A stretch of 64,000 nt of DNA from an uncultured Gemmatimonadales bacterium (lineage in GTDB: Bacteria > Gemmatimonadota > Gemmatimonadetes > Longimicrobiales > Gaopeijiaceae), in the NCBI GenBank assembly GCA_963823035.1, contig CAWGKG010000014.1, forward strand, positions 1 through 64,000. Reading direction: 5' to 3'. Every line of letters starts with the position of its first letter. Position 1 is the first letter of the stretch. Under the pieces are notes generated by a model. The model made no database searches, had not been told where the DNA came from, and worked only from the letters and a program-made list of their open reading frames with translations. The translations under genes and the position numbers were made by a program. Shown in pieces: positions 1-7,972 of the stretch.

Positions 1-337
1 GCGCCTTGGCGTAGCTCACGAGGTCGACCCCCAGGGCCTGGTAGGCGACCACTCCGATCACGAGCGCGTCCTCGTCGGCCAGCACCTTGACCACGGTGCG
101 GGCGGAAGGCACCGCGCCCTGGCGCGGCTCGACCTCGGTCAATCGAGAGATCGAGTCGGCGGCCGCCCAGGCGGCCTCGTCCAAGCGGCCGTCGAGCGTC
201 ACGCCGGTCGGCATGGGCGCGACCGACAAGGTCGGACGCACGCCGGGATCGGGTCCGGCGGTCGCCCCGCTCGACTGCGCCCACAGCGCCGTCGGAAGCA
301 GCAGCATCGAGGCGAGGACGCGCTTGAGGCCGCTCAA
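1..337 (-). CDS. N-terminal part of a secreted CBM9-like/DUF5916-type protein (runs off window edge)
   Basis: Manual translation LSGLKRVLASMLLLPTALWAQ...PTGVTLDGRLDEAAWAAADSISRLTEVEPRQG; signal-peptide-like start, LDGRLDEAAW motif, GGAGG upstream of TTG. Confidence 0.6.
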   Translation of the reverse strand, partial: MSGLKRVLASMLLLPTALWAQSSGATAGPDPGVRPTLSVAPMPTGVTLDGRLDEAAWAAADSISRLTEVEPRQGAVPSARTVVKVLADEDALVIGVVAYQALGVDLVSYAKA

Positions 338-565
338 ACGGGAGCTCCTCCGAATCCGGGGTGTCGGGGCCGAGGGGGGGTGACGGCGCCAACTCCGTCC
401 CTGGATGGCGCGGACTTCGACGACGCGAAAGCTAGTCCCAAGCCCGGTCGGCTGGTAGGCGGATTCGGGCGGCCGGCCGGGCACGCGCACCGGGAACATT
501 GCCCCGCGCATGCCGGACGGCGACTTTGACGGCACGCCGTTCCCGCGCGACAGGAGGGGCACGTC

Positions 566-1012
566 ATGGCCGAGAACGAGACCGACCGGGCAGAGGAGCT
601 TCGCAGCCTGCTCACGGACGCCATCGAGGTGCAGCTCGCTGCCCTCAAGGCGGGCATCAGCTTCTGGAGCGATTGGATCGAGGAGGCGTCGGACTTCGTC
701 CAGTCCGCCACCGACAGCCTCTCCAACATCAACTCCGGAAGCAAGAAGACCGAGGACGCGCTGCTCGAGTTGCTCGACAAGGGCCGCGCGAGCGCCCGGT
801 CGATGACCGAGATTCCGCGCCACACCGCGACCCGCTTCATCGAGGAGCTGGACGCCGCGGAAGCCAAACGGACGGGCGCCAAGAAGTCATCGGCCAAGAA
901 GCCCGCGGCGAAGAAGAGCGCCGCCAAGAAGGCGCCGGTGAAGAAGACGGCCGCCAAGAAGTCGGGCCGGGGGACGGCGCGCCCCAAGCGCTCGGCCCGG
1001 GCCAAGGAATAG
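566..1012 (+). CDS. Hypothetical protein with amphipathic helical (phasin-like) N-terminus and Lys/Ala-rich histone-H1-like tail
   Basis: 148 aa ORF with AGGAGG RBS; tail AKKSSAKKPAAKKSAAKKAPVKKTAAKK. Confidence 0.8.
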   Translation: MAENETDRAEELRSLLTDAIEVQLAALKAGISFWSDWIEEASDFVQSATDSLSNINSGSKKTEDALLELLDKGRASARSMTEIPRHTATRFIEELDAAEAKRTGAKKSSAKKPAAKKSAAKKAPVKKTAAKKSGRGTARPKRSARAKE

Positions 1013-1024
1013 AACCGGGGACGA

Positions 1025-1963
1025 GTGGCTACGACAGTTACGGGGGACGAGGTCCCGACGGGCCTCGTCATGGCGGAAGGGTTCGACCGGGAGCTGGACC
1101 GCCTCAAGACGTTTCTGGGTGCCTGGGTCGACGGCAGCAGCCGCGAGATGCAGCCGCTGCTGAGATGGCAGTTCCTGGGCCGCTCCAAGTACTTCCGCCC
1201 CGTGACCGTGTTCGCCTGTCACGCCGCCGTCTCGGAGGAGCCGGTGGACGAGGGGATGGTGCGGGCCGCCGCCGCGATCGAGATGGTGCACAACGTCTCG
1301 CTCATCATCGACGACGTCCTCGATCGCTCCCGCTATCGCCGCGGAGTCCTGACCCTGCACTGCCGCTTCGGCCTGCTTCCGGCGCTCATGGCCTCGGGCT
1401 ACATCACGGCGGACGCCTACGAGCTGCTGAACAAGAACCCCTTCGCGGGCCGTCGCATCTCGGAGCTCTACCGCCGCCTGGCGGCCGCCGAGACGCTCCA
1501 GTGGCGGCTGCGCCGGCAGCCGCTCGGGATCGAGGACTGGCGCATCCTCGCGGGTGAGGACACGGGCAGCATGTTCGAGGCCTGCGCCTGCCTGGGCACG
1601 GGGGACGAGACGCTACGCCAGTTCGGCCGCCTGCTTGGGATGCTCTATCACGGCTGCGACGACGTGGGCGACGTGAAGGGGGCCGTCGCGCTCGGCGGCG
1701 GCGGCGAGGAGGACCTGCGGGACGGGATCCTCACGTTACCCGCGGCCATCGCGATCCAGGAGGCGGAGGCCGCCCTCCTCTTCCGCAATCCCACGCCCGA
1801 GGGACTGCAGGAGCTGTTGAAGAAGATGGAGGCGGCGCTTCCCGTCGCGGAGCGCCACCTGGACCAGATCGCGGCCCAGGCCGAGGCGGAAGCCCGGAGG
1901 GTGGCGCCGAGACCGGACGGATTGATCCACCTGGTCCGCAACACCCGGCGCCTCTCCGCCTGA
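1025..1963 (+). CDS. Polyprenyl synthetase family (class I isoprenoid synthase fold) protein, atypical motifs
   Basis: EMVHNVSLIIDDVLDRSRYRRG (FARM plus RRG), second Asp motif DDVGD, EDLRDGILTLP; start may be GTG 1025 or ATG 1070. Confidence 0.85.
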   Translation: MATTVTGDEVPTGLVMAEGFDRELDRLKTFLGAWVDGSSREMQPLLRWQFLGRSKYFRPVTVFACHAAVSEEPVDEGMVRAAAAIEMVHNVSLIIDDVLDRSRYRRGVLTLHCRFGLLPALMASGYITADAYELLNKNPFAGRRISELYRRLAAAETLQWRLRRQPLGIEDWRILAGEDTGSMFEACACLGTGDETLRQFGRLLGMLYHGCDDVGDVKGAVALGGGGEEDLRDGILTLPAAIAIQEAEAALLFRNPTPEGLQELLKKMEAALPVAERHLDQIAAQAEAEARRVAPRPDGLIHLVRNTRRLSA

Positions 1964-1969
1964 GCGGCC

Positions 1970-3490
1970 TCAGGCCGACGCGGTCGACCTGAGCTCGCCG
2001 GGTCCCCGGGCCCGCGGATCGCGCAGCCGGACCATCCGCGCGAGCCGCAGCCACTTCCGCGCCACGTCCGCCGTCCAGCGCGCGTGCCACGCGGGGTCGT
2101 CGGCCAGGGAGGCCCACAGCCCCATCTGCCAGCGTCCCATGTCGGCGATCGCGGGAGCGAACGGTACCCTGCCGGAGAGGAGGTCGCCCGCGGCCCGGGT
2201 CCCCTGACCCATGAAATGCCCGAGCGCCTTCGCCCACATGCGTCCGACCATGTCCAGCGGCCGTATGTCCATCCCGCCGAAGCCGGCGCCCCCCGTACGG
2301 GCGAACGTCGCGTCCCGCATGGCCAGGTCACATCCCTGCGCCACGACGCTCAGCCAGAAGTCGCAGAAGTGGCGGTTGCGCATGACGCAGGCCACGTAGT
2401 CCAGGTAGCCCATCGCCGGATCGAAGTACGCGCGGAAGCTGCGCGCATACGCCGAGAGGAACGCCGCGTCCGTGCGGCCCCGCTCGAGCGCGTCGACGAG
2501 GACGTCGGCCCCGAGGAGCGACGACTCGGCTGCGGGGGTGATCCCCTCCCCCGTGATGGGATCCACGAAGGAGCCGGCGTCCCCCACCAGGATCCCTCCG
2601 TCGAAGTGGTTGGGGCCGTGCCCGCCGTAGGTCTTCACGATGCCGCCGATGGGCTTGGAGGCCAGGCGCATCGCGCCGCACCCCGGATGCAGGCGCCGCA
2701 GCTTCTCCAGGAACGTCTGCAGGAGCTTCGGCACGTTCACGCGCGCGCGGTCGCGCGTCTCCGCGAGGATGCCGACGCCCACGTTGGCCCGACCACCCGA
2801 CATCGGGAACAGCCAGCCGTAGCCGGGAAAGAGGTCCCGGTCGAAGACGAACGCCGCCTCACCCCCCGTGGTCTCGACACCCTCCACGTACGCCCTCTGC
2901 GACACCGCCGTGTGGCGCGGATCGTCCGCCAGCAGCCCGAACGCGCGGGCGACCACCGAGTGGGTTCCGTCGGCGCCCACCACCAGCGCGCAGCGCACCA
3001 CCCGGTCCGATTCGCCGTCGGCGTAGCGCACCACCATGCGCTCCCGTTCGCGCGTCACCTCCGTGACCTTGCATCCCTCGCGAAGCTCGGCGCCCACCGC
3101 CACCGCGGCCTCGAGGATGCGCACGTCGAGGGTCTCGCGCGGGATGATGTAGCCGTGCGGCGGCAGCTCGGGGTGGTCCGCGTAGAAGGGGATGCGCTGC
3201 CGGTAGGCGCTCCGGGCTCCGAGGAAGAGGTTGACGTGGGTGATGGCGAGCGGATCGTCCGCTTCCAGCGCGTCGAGACACCCCATCGACTGGAAGAGCC
3301 GAAGCCCGCGGGGCTCGACGAAGTCGCCGCACACCTTCTCCCGCGGGAAACGCGCGCGGTCGAGAACGAGCACCCGCACGCCCCGGCGCGCCAACGACCA
3401 CGCCATGACCGCGCCGGCGGGGCCCCCGCCCACCACCACGACGTCGAAGCGGCGACGGCCCGAAGCCCCTCCGCGCTCAGTCCCGCTCAA
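1970..3490 (-). CDS. Geranylgeranyl reductase family FAD-dependent oxidoreductase
   Basis: GGGPAG dinucleotide motif, FPREKVCGD, GYGWLFP, GDAGSFVDPITGEGI. Confidence 0.88.
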   Translation of the reverse strand: MSGTERGGASGRRRFDVVVVGGGPAGAVMAWSLARRGVRVLVLDRARFPREKVCGDFVEPRGLRLFQSMGCLDALEADDPLAITHVNLFLGARSAYRQRIPFYADHPELPPHGYIIPRETLDVRILEAAVAVGAELREGCKVTEVTRERERMVVRYADGESDRVVRCALVVGADGTHSVVARAFGLLADDPRHTAVSQRAYVEGVETTGGEAAFVFDRDLFPGYGWLFPMSGGRANVGVGILAETRDRARVNVPKLLQTFLEKLRRLHPGCGAMRLASKPIGGIVKTYGGHGPNHFDGGILVGDAGSFVDPITGEGITPAAESSLLGADVLVDALERGRTDAAFLSAYARSFRAYFDPAMGYLDYVACVMRNRHFCDFWLSVVAQGCDLAMRDATFARTGGAGFGGMDIRPLDMVGRMWAKALGHFMGQGTRAAGDLLSGRVPFAPAIADMGRWQMGLWASLADDPAWHARWTADVARKWLRLARMVRLRDPRARGPGELRSTASA

Positions 3491-3830
3491 GACAGAAGTC
3501 GCAGACCACCCAGGGAAGCCCCTCGGGGGTCTCCGCGAGTCGGTCGAGCGTCAGTCGGTAGGAGCCGCCCGCCATGAGAAAGCGCACCGAATCGCCGAGG
3601 TGCACCTCTCCCTCCCATTCGTTGCTGAGTCGCGGCGTGGGGGTGGGCGTGAGCCGCATGTCGCTCGCCGGCGCCAGCTCGGCGCCGCACATCGACATGG
3701 GGGCGACTTCGACCGTGACGAAGTCTCGCGATCGGGGCGTGCGCACGGCGAGGACCAGGTCGCCGACGACGGCGAATGGCTCGAAGCCGGGCGAGTCGAC
3801 AACCGTGGCGTACCAACGAGCTCGCGCCAT
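3477..3830 (-). CDS. Hypothetical beta-rich protein (117 aa), overlapping the reductase start
   Basis: MARARWYATVVDSPGFEPF...VVCDFCLERD; GGAG upstream of ATG 3830. Confidence 0.6.
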   Translation of the reverse strand: MARARWYATVVDSPGFEPFAVVGDLVLAVRTPRSRDFVTVEVAPMSMCGAELAPASDMRLTPTPTPRLSNEWEGEVHLGDSVRFLMAGGSYRLTLDRLAETPEGLPWVVCDFCLERD

Positions 3831-4001
3831 GCACGCTCCGGGGAGGGTTCGACGGGAGTTCCGCAACGGTGCGGCGGGCGCCGCCGCCGCGCAAGAGCGT
3901 GCCGTGGCGCCGCGGGGCGCAGGAGCCGCATCGCCTCGTCGCTCTTGACCCTGCCACCGCACCGGAATACATCGTATGCATCCCCGCACGCGGAGCGACG
4001 C

Positions 4002-4434
4002 ATGGCCACCAACGTGCACGTAACGAGCATGGTCCCCGTCAACGTCAACCCGGTCGACGCGGACGTCACCTCGCTGCCGCCCGTGGACGTGTGCCTCCCT
4101 CCCGGATCTCACGATCACCGAGATCGGCGCCGTGGGCCCGGTGACGCTGGCCGGCATTCCGGACCGCTACACGGTCGCGGTGAGCGAGCTTCCGGATCTC
4201 AACCTCCGCATCAAGGAGATCCCGAACATCCGGGCGCACGTGCCGGCCGACTTCCGGCTCGGCATCTCGGTGCTCGGCGTGGAGCTGGCGGCGCTGCACC
4301 TGTGCGGTGAGGCGCAGGTCATCACCGAGCCCTACGTGCCCAACCCGTGCGAGCGCTGCGGTGCGCCGCGGTCGGTGCCCGCCACCAACCTCGAGACGGT
4401 CTCCGCGGTGCTCCGCCTGACCGACCAGGGATGA
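4002..4434 (+). CDS. Hypothetical protein with C-terminal CxxC (frameshift near 4100)
   Basis: MATNVHVTSMVPVNVNPVDADVTSLPPVDV joins DLTITEIGAVGPVTLAGIPD...NPCERC in another frame; GGAG RBS. Confidence 0.65.
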
Positions 4435-5171
4435 AGGCCGTTCGCGAGGGGGAGACGCTCACGCTCTCCGGTCCCCCGAGGAACGTCACCGCCACCGTCC
4501 AGCTCGACGACGCCTCGCAGCGCGTGGTCCGCGTCGCCGTGAAGCTCGCGGACGGCCCTTCCGTGCTGCGGGCGTACGTCCGCCCGTACGGCGGGGGCAT
4601 GGGGGAGCTGAGGCTCAAGCTTCCTCCGGCCACGTCGCCGGGGACGTACCGCGGAGAGGCGGTGATCGGGGAGCGAACGCCGCCCGATCGTCGTCACGGT
4701 CACGCCGGAGCCCAGCGTCCAGCGTGGATCCCGCTCAGACCACCCTCCAGGCCGAGTCGGGCGGGCGGGCGGAGTTCGTGATCCGTGTGGCCAACGGCGG
4801 CAACGTGGCCTTCGACGTGCCGAAGGAGGCCGCCCGTCGAGCTCGACGACGACCGCGACCAGGTGTTCGCCTTCGGGCGGGCGCTGCGGGCGAAGCTGGG
4901 TGAGGGCGAGCAGCGCGTCGACCGCTTCTTCGAGGAGTTGGTGGAAAGCCACGGAGGACAGGGGCGCGTCACCGTGATCGAGGGCGCGGGCCGGCTCGAG
5001 CCGGGCCAGTCCCGGGCGCTCCGCTGCGGGTTGGACGTCCCGGAGCTCGCGAAGCCGGGTCGCACGTACACCGGTGGGTGGGAGCCCGCCTGGGCAGGTC
5101 ACCTCCTCGTCCTCGAGGTGGTGAATGGGTCCCCGGACGAACCGCGCCTGCGCGCTGGGAGGAAGCCATGA
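4431..5171 (+). CDS. Hypothetical tandem Ig-like beta-sandwich protein (several frameshifts between about 4680 and 4835)
   Basis: ATGA overlaps at both ends; fragments MKAVREGETLTLSGPP...PGTYRGEAVIG / AEFVIRVANGGNVAFDVP / GRLEPGQSRALRCGLDVP. Confidence 0.6.
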
Positions 5172-5752
5172 CGGAGGGCGACAACCGGGTGGACACCCGT
5201 GCGCTGGGCGAGACGATCGCGGGGCTGCTCACCGTGCCGGCCCAGATCGTGGCGGGACTCGCGGGGTCGCTGGCGGGCGCGAGGTCGTCCGGGTGTGCGA
5301 TCCCTCCGCCCTGCTGGGAGCCCCAGCCCGCCGGCAGGTGCACCCTCACGCTCGCGCCGGGCTGCGCGGGCAAGATCCGCGTGCGCGTGTCGAACTGCGG
5401 GTGGGATCACCACGTCGTCGGCGTCACGGCGGTCGGCAAGATCGCCGGGTGGATGACGTTCGCGCCGACCACGATGGTGCTCGGCCCCATGGAGGAGGGC
5501 ACCTTCGAGGTGATCGTGAAGGCGCCCGACGGCGTGAAGCCGGGCGAGAAGCTGTCGGGCCCGCTGCTGATCCGCGGGTGCCGCGACTGGTTCGTGCGCG
5601 TGGAGGTGCGAATCGAGGAGTGCGCGGGGTGCACCGGCTGCGACGTCTCCGTGGACGACTGCGCGGACCAGCTCCACCACTGGTACGACCACTTCTACTG
5701 CCCGCGTCCCTGCCGGACCACCCGCATCCCGGAAGATCCGAAGAATGGCTGA
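5168..5752 (+). CDS. Cys/His-rich hypothetical protein with Ig-like core
   Basis: 194 aa, 12 Cys, CAIPPPCW and DQLHHWYDHFYCPRPC motifs. Confidence 0.8.
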   Translation: MTEGDNRVDTRALGETIAGLLTVPAQIVAGLAGSLAGARSSGCAIPPPCWEPQPAGRCTLTLAPGCAGKIRVRVSNCGWDHHVVGVTAVGKIAGWMTFAPTTMVLGPMEEGTFEVIVKAPDGVKPGEKLSGPLLIRGCRDWFVRVEVRIEECAGCTGCDVSVDDCADQLHHWYDHFYCPRPCRTTRIPEDPKNG

Positions 5753-6422
5753 CGGACCCGACATCTCCGAGCTCGTGCGTCGGACGATCGAGGCCAACAC
5801 GCGCTTCTACCAGGGGTGGGTCAACCTCTCCCTGGAGTACTTCAAGGGCGTCACGGAGATCTTCGGCGGCGTGCAGTCCGCGGTCTCCGGTGCCTCCTCC
5901 GCCGATCCGGCCGAGCCCGCGTCCGACGCGGTGGTACTCGAGGCCGTCGAAGGCGAGACCGCAGGCGGGGCGTTCCTGGTCACGAACGACCTCGGGCGCA
6001 CGCTGAAGTGCGAGTTGGTGGCGTCGGGCTTCGAGGGAGCGGACGGCGCCGCCGCCGCCACCGAGGTGAGCTTCGATCCGCCGCGCTTCGACCTCGCGCC
6101 CGGAGAGCAACGGGTGGTACGGGCCACCGTCGCGATCGACCGCGGACTCACGGCCGGCGCGGCCTACACCGGCACCTTCGGGATCAAGGGGATGGCGGGC
6201 TTCGCCGTGCCGGTGGTGCTGCGCAAGCAGCACGCGGTCGACGTGTCGCCGATCGATCGGCTGGCCGACGCCGCCGGTGCTACCGCGAAGACGGCGAAGA
6301 CCGCGAAGACGGCGAAGACCGCGAAGACGGCGAAGACCGCGACGAAGGCGTCGACCGCGAAGAAGCCCGCGAAGAAGAAGTCCGCGAAGAAGAAGCCCGC
6401 CGCGAAGCCGCGCGTGAAGTAG
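5745..6422 (+). CDS. Hypothetical protein: amphipathic N-helix, Ig-like domain, (TAK)n/Lys-rich tail
   Basis: 225 aa ORF; FDPPRFDLAPGEQRVVRATVAI; tail TAKTAKTAK...KKPAKKKSAKKK. Confidence 0.8.
   Translation: MADGPDISELVRRTIEANTRFYQGWVNLSLEYFKGVTEIFGGVQSAVSGASSADPAEPASDAVVLEAVEGETAGGAFLVTNDLGRTLKCELVASGFEGADGAAAATEVSFDPPRFDLAPGEQRVVRATVAIDRGLTAGAAYTGTFGIKGMAGFAVPVVLRKQHAVDVSPIDRLADAAGATAKTAKTAKTAKTAKTAKTATKASTAKKPAKKKSAKKKPAAKPRVK
6282..6335 (+). repeat. Perfect in-frame tandem repeat, 3 x 18 bp (ACCGCGAAGACGGCGAAG), encoding (TAK)6
   Basis: Read directly from the sequence. Confidence 0.95.
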
Positions 6423-6440
6423 GGACGCGCCTGCGACCTG

Positions 6441-6641
6441 CTAGAGGATGATCGCGAGGGGAAGCAGGACCACGTAGGCGAGCACGAGCAGCAGCGGCGC
6501 GGCCGTGATGGAGCCCTTCGCCAGCAGCCCGTACCCCAGCGCCAGCGTCAACAGCCCCGCCGCGGCGAGGATCGCGTTGACGGGCGTGTAGCGCAGGGCG
6601 GCGCGCTGGCCGGTCTGGGTGGGGGTCGTCTTCTTCGCCAT
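6441..6641 (-). CDS. Small two-TM membrane protein (DUF3098-like)
   Basis: MAKKTT...LALGYGLLAKGSITAAPLLLVLAYVVLLPLAIIL; overlaps the upstream stop. Confidence 0.65.
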   Translation of the reverse strand: MAKKTTPTQTGQRAALRYTPVNAILAAAGLLTLALGYGLLAKGSITAAPLLLVLAYVVLLPLAIIL

Positions 6642-7972
6642 CACGCCTTCTCCAGTTCTTGAAGATGCTCGGAGAGCTGGTCGCTACTGATGCCGAGCAG
6701 GCTCGCGGCCGCTTCCTCGTCGCCGCCCGTCCGCTCGAGGATCCGCCGGACGTGGCGCCCCATCGCCGAGGCGAGCGTCAGGTCCGCCAGGTTCTCGGGC
6801 TCGTCGCCGAGCACCAGGTGGTCGGGACCGATGATCGTGCCCCGCGCGAGGATGGCCGCGCGCATGAGCGCATTCTCGAGCTCGCGGACGTTGCCCGGCC
6901 AGAGGTGCTCCTTGAGGGCACGCATGGCCTCGTCGGAGATGCGGCGCACGTTGCGCCCCGTCTCCTTGCGGATGCGACCGAGCAGCGCCTCAGCCAGCAC
7001 CTCGAGGTCGTCGAGCCGGTCGCGGAGTGGCGGCACGTGGATCTCGACCACCTTGAGGCGGAAATAGAGGTCCTCGCGGAATCGCCCCTCGCGCACCAGG
7101 TCCTCGAGCGGCTGGTGGGTGGCGGCGATCACGCGGGCTTCCGTCGTGCGCGGCGCTTCGCCGCCCACCGGGTAGAACCGCCGCTCCTGGAGCACGCGCA
7201 GGAGCTTCGTCTGGAACTCGGGGCTCGTGTCGCCGATCTCGTCGAGGAAGATCGTTCCCCTTCCCGACAGCTCGAAGTAGCCCTTCCGGCTCCCGGTCGC
7301 ACCCGTGAAGGCCCCCTTCACGTGACCGAAGAGCTCCGATTCGAGCAGCGTGTCCGTGAGCGCCGTGCAGTTCACGGCGATGAAGGGGTCGTCCGCATGT
7401 GCCGAATGGACGTGGATCGCCCTCGCGATCAGCTCCTTCCCCGTGCCGGTCTCCCCACGCACCAGCACGGTGGCGCGGTTGCGGCTGAGCACCCCGATCG
7501 TCTTGTAGATCTCGATCATGCGGGCGTTCTTGCCGACCAGGGGCCGGCCGCGCTCCCCGTCATCCTCCTCGGGATCGGGACGGTCCTCTTCGTCGTCCGA
7601 CGCCAGGGCACGCTCCCGGAAGCAGCGATCCGCCAGCGCCTGCAGAGCCTTGGGGTCGACGGGTTTGACCAGGAAGTCGAAGGCCCCCGCCTTCATGGCG
7701 GAGACCGCCGTCTCCATATCCTCGTGGCCGGTCATGACGACCACGTCGACGGCGGCCATGGTCTCGTGGATCTTCTCGAGCAGGTCCAGCCCGCTCATCC
7801 CGTCCATGCGGACGTCGGTCACCACGAGCTGGGGGTCGAAGGAGCCCAGGCGCGCGAGTGCCTGTTCGGCGCTCTCGGCGGTCTCCACGTCGTAGCCGCC
7901 GTGGACCAGCCGGGTGCGGTAGACCTCCAGCGCGTCGGTATCGTCGTCGACGATGAGGATTCGCTCGCTCAT
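6641..7972 (-). CDS. Sigma-54-dependent response regulator (NtrC/AtoC family)
   Basis: REC domain (ILIVDDD, TDVRM, KP), GETGTGKE, ESELFGH, GAFTGA, WPGNVRELEN. Confidence 0.93.
   Translation of the reverse strand: MSERILIVDDDTDALEVYRTRLVHGGYDVETAESAEQALARLGSFDPQLVVTDVRMDGMSGLDLLEKIHETMAAVDVVVMTGHEDMETAVSAMKAGAFDFLVKPVDPKALQALADRCFRERALASDDEEDRPDPEEDDGERGRPLVGKNARMIEIYKTIGVLSRNRATVLVRGETGTGKELIARAIHVHSAHADDPFIAVNCTALTDTLLESELFGHVKGAFTGATGSRKGYFELSGRGTIFLDEIGDTSPEFQTKLLRVLQERRFYPVGGEAPRTTEARVIAATHQPLEDLVREGRFREDLYFRLKVVEIHVPPLRDRLDDLEVLAEALLGRIRKETGRNVRRISDEAMRALKEHLWPGNVRELENALMRAAILARGTIIGPDHLVLGDEPENLADLTLASAMGRHVRRILERTGGDEEAAASLLGISSDQLSEHLQELEKA

Noticed and set aside
3891..3904. Possible sigma54 promoter CGGCACGCTCTTGC (minus strand) for the reductase unit
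   Set aside because: Spacing is one base short of the strict -24/-12 geometry
3945..3973. Possible sigma70 promoter TTGACC-N17-TACATC for the 4002 operon
   Set aside because: The -10 element lacks the conserved final T; too weak to call
6282..6344. Short repeats as a CRISPR array
   Set aside because: No spacers; in-frame coding tandem repeat; no cas genes
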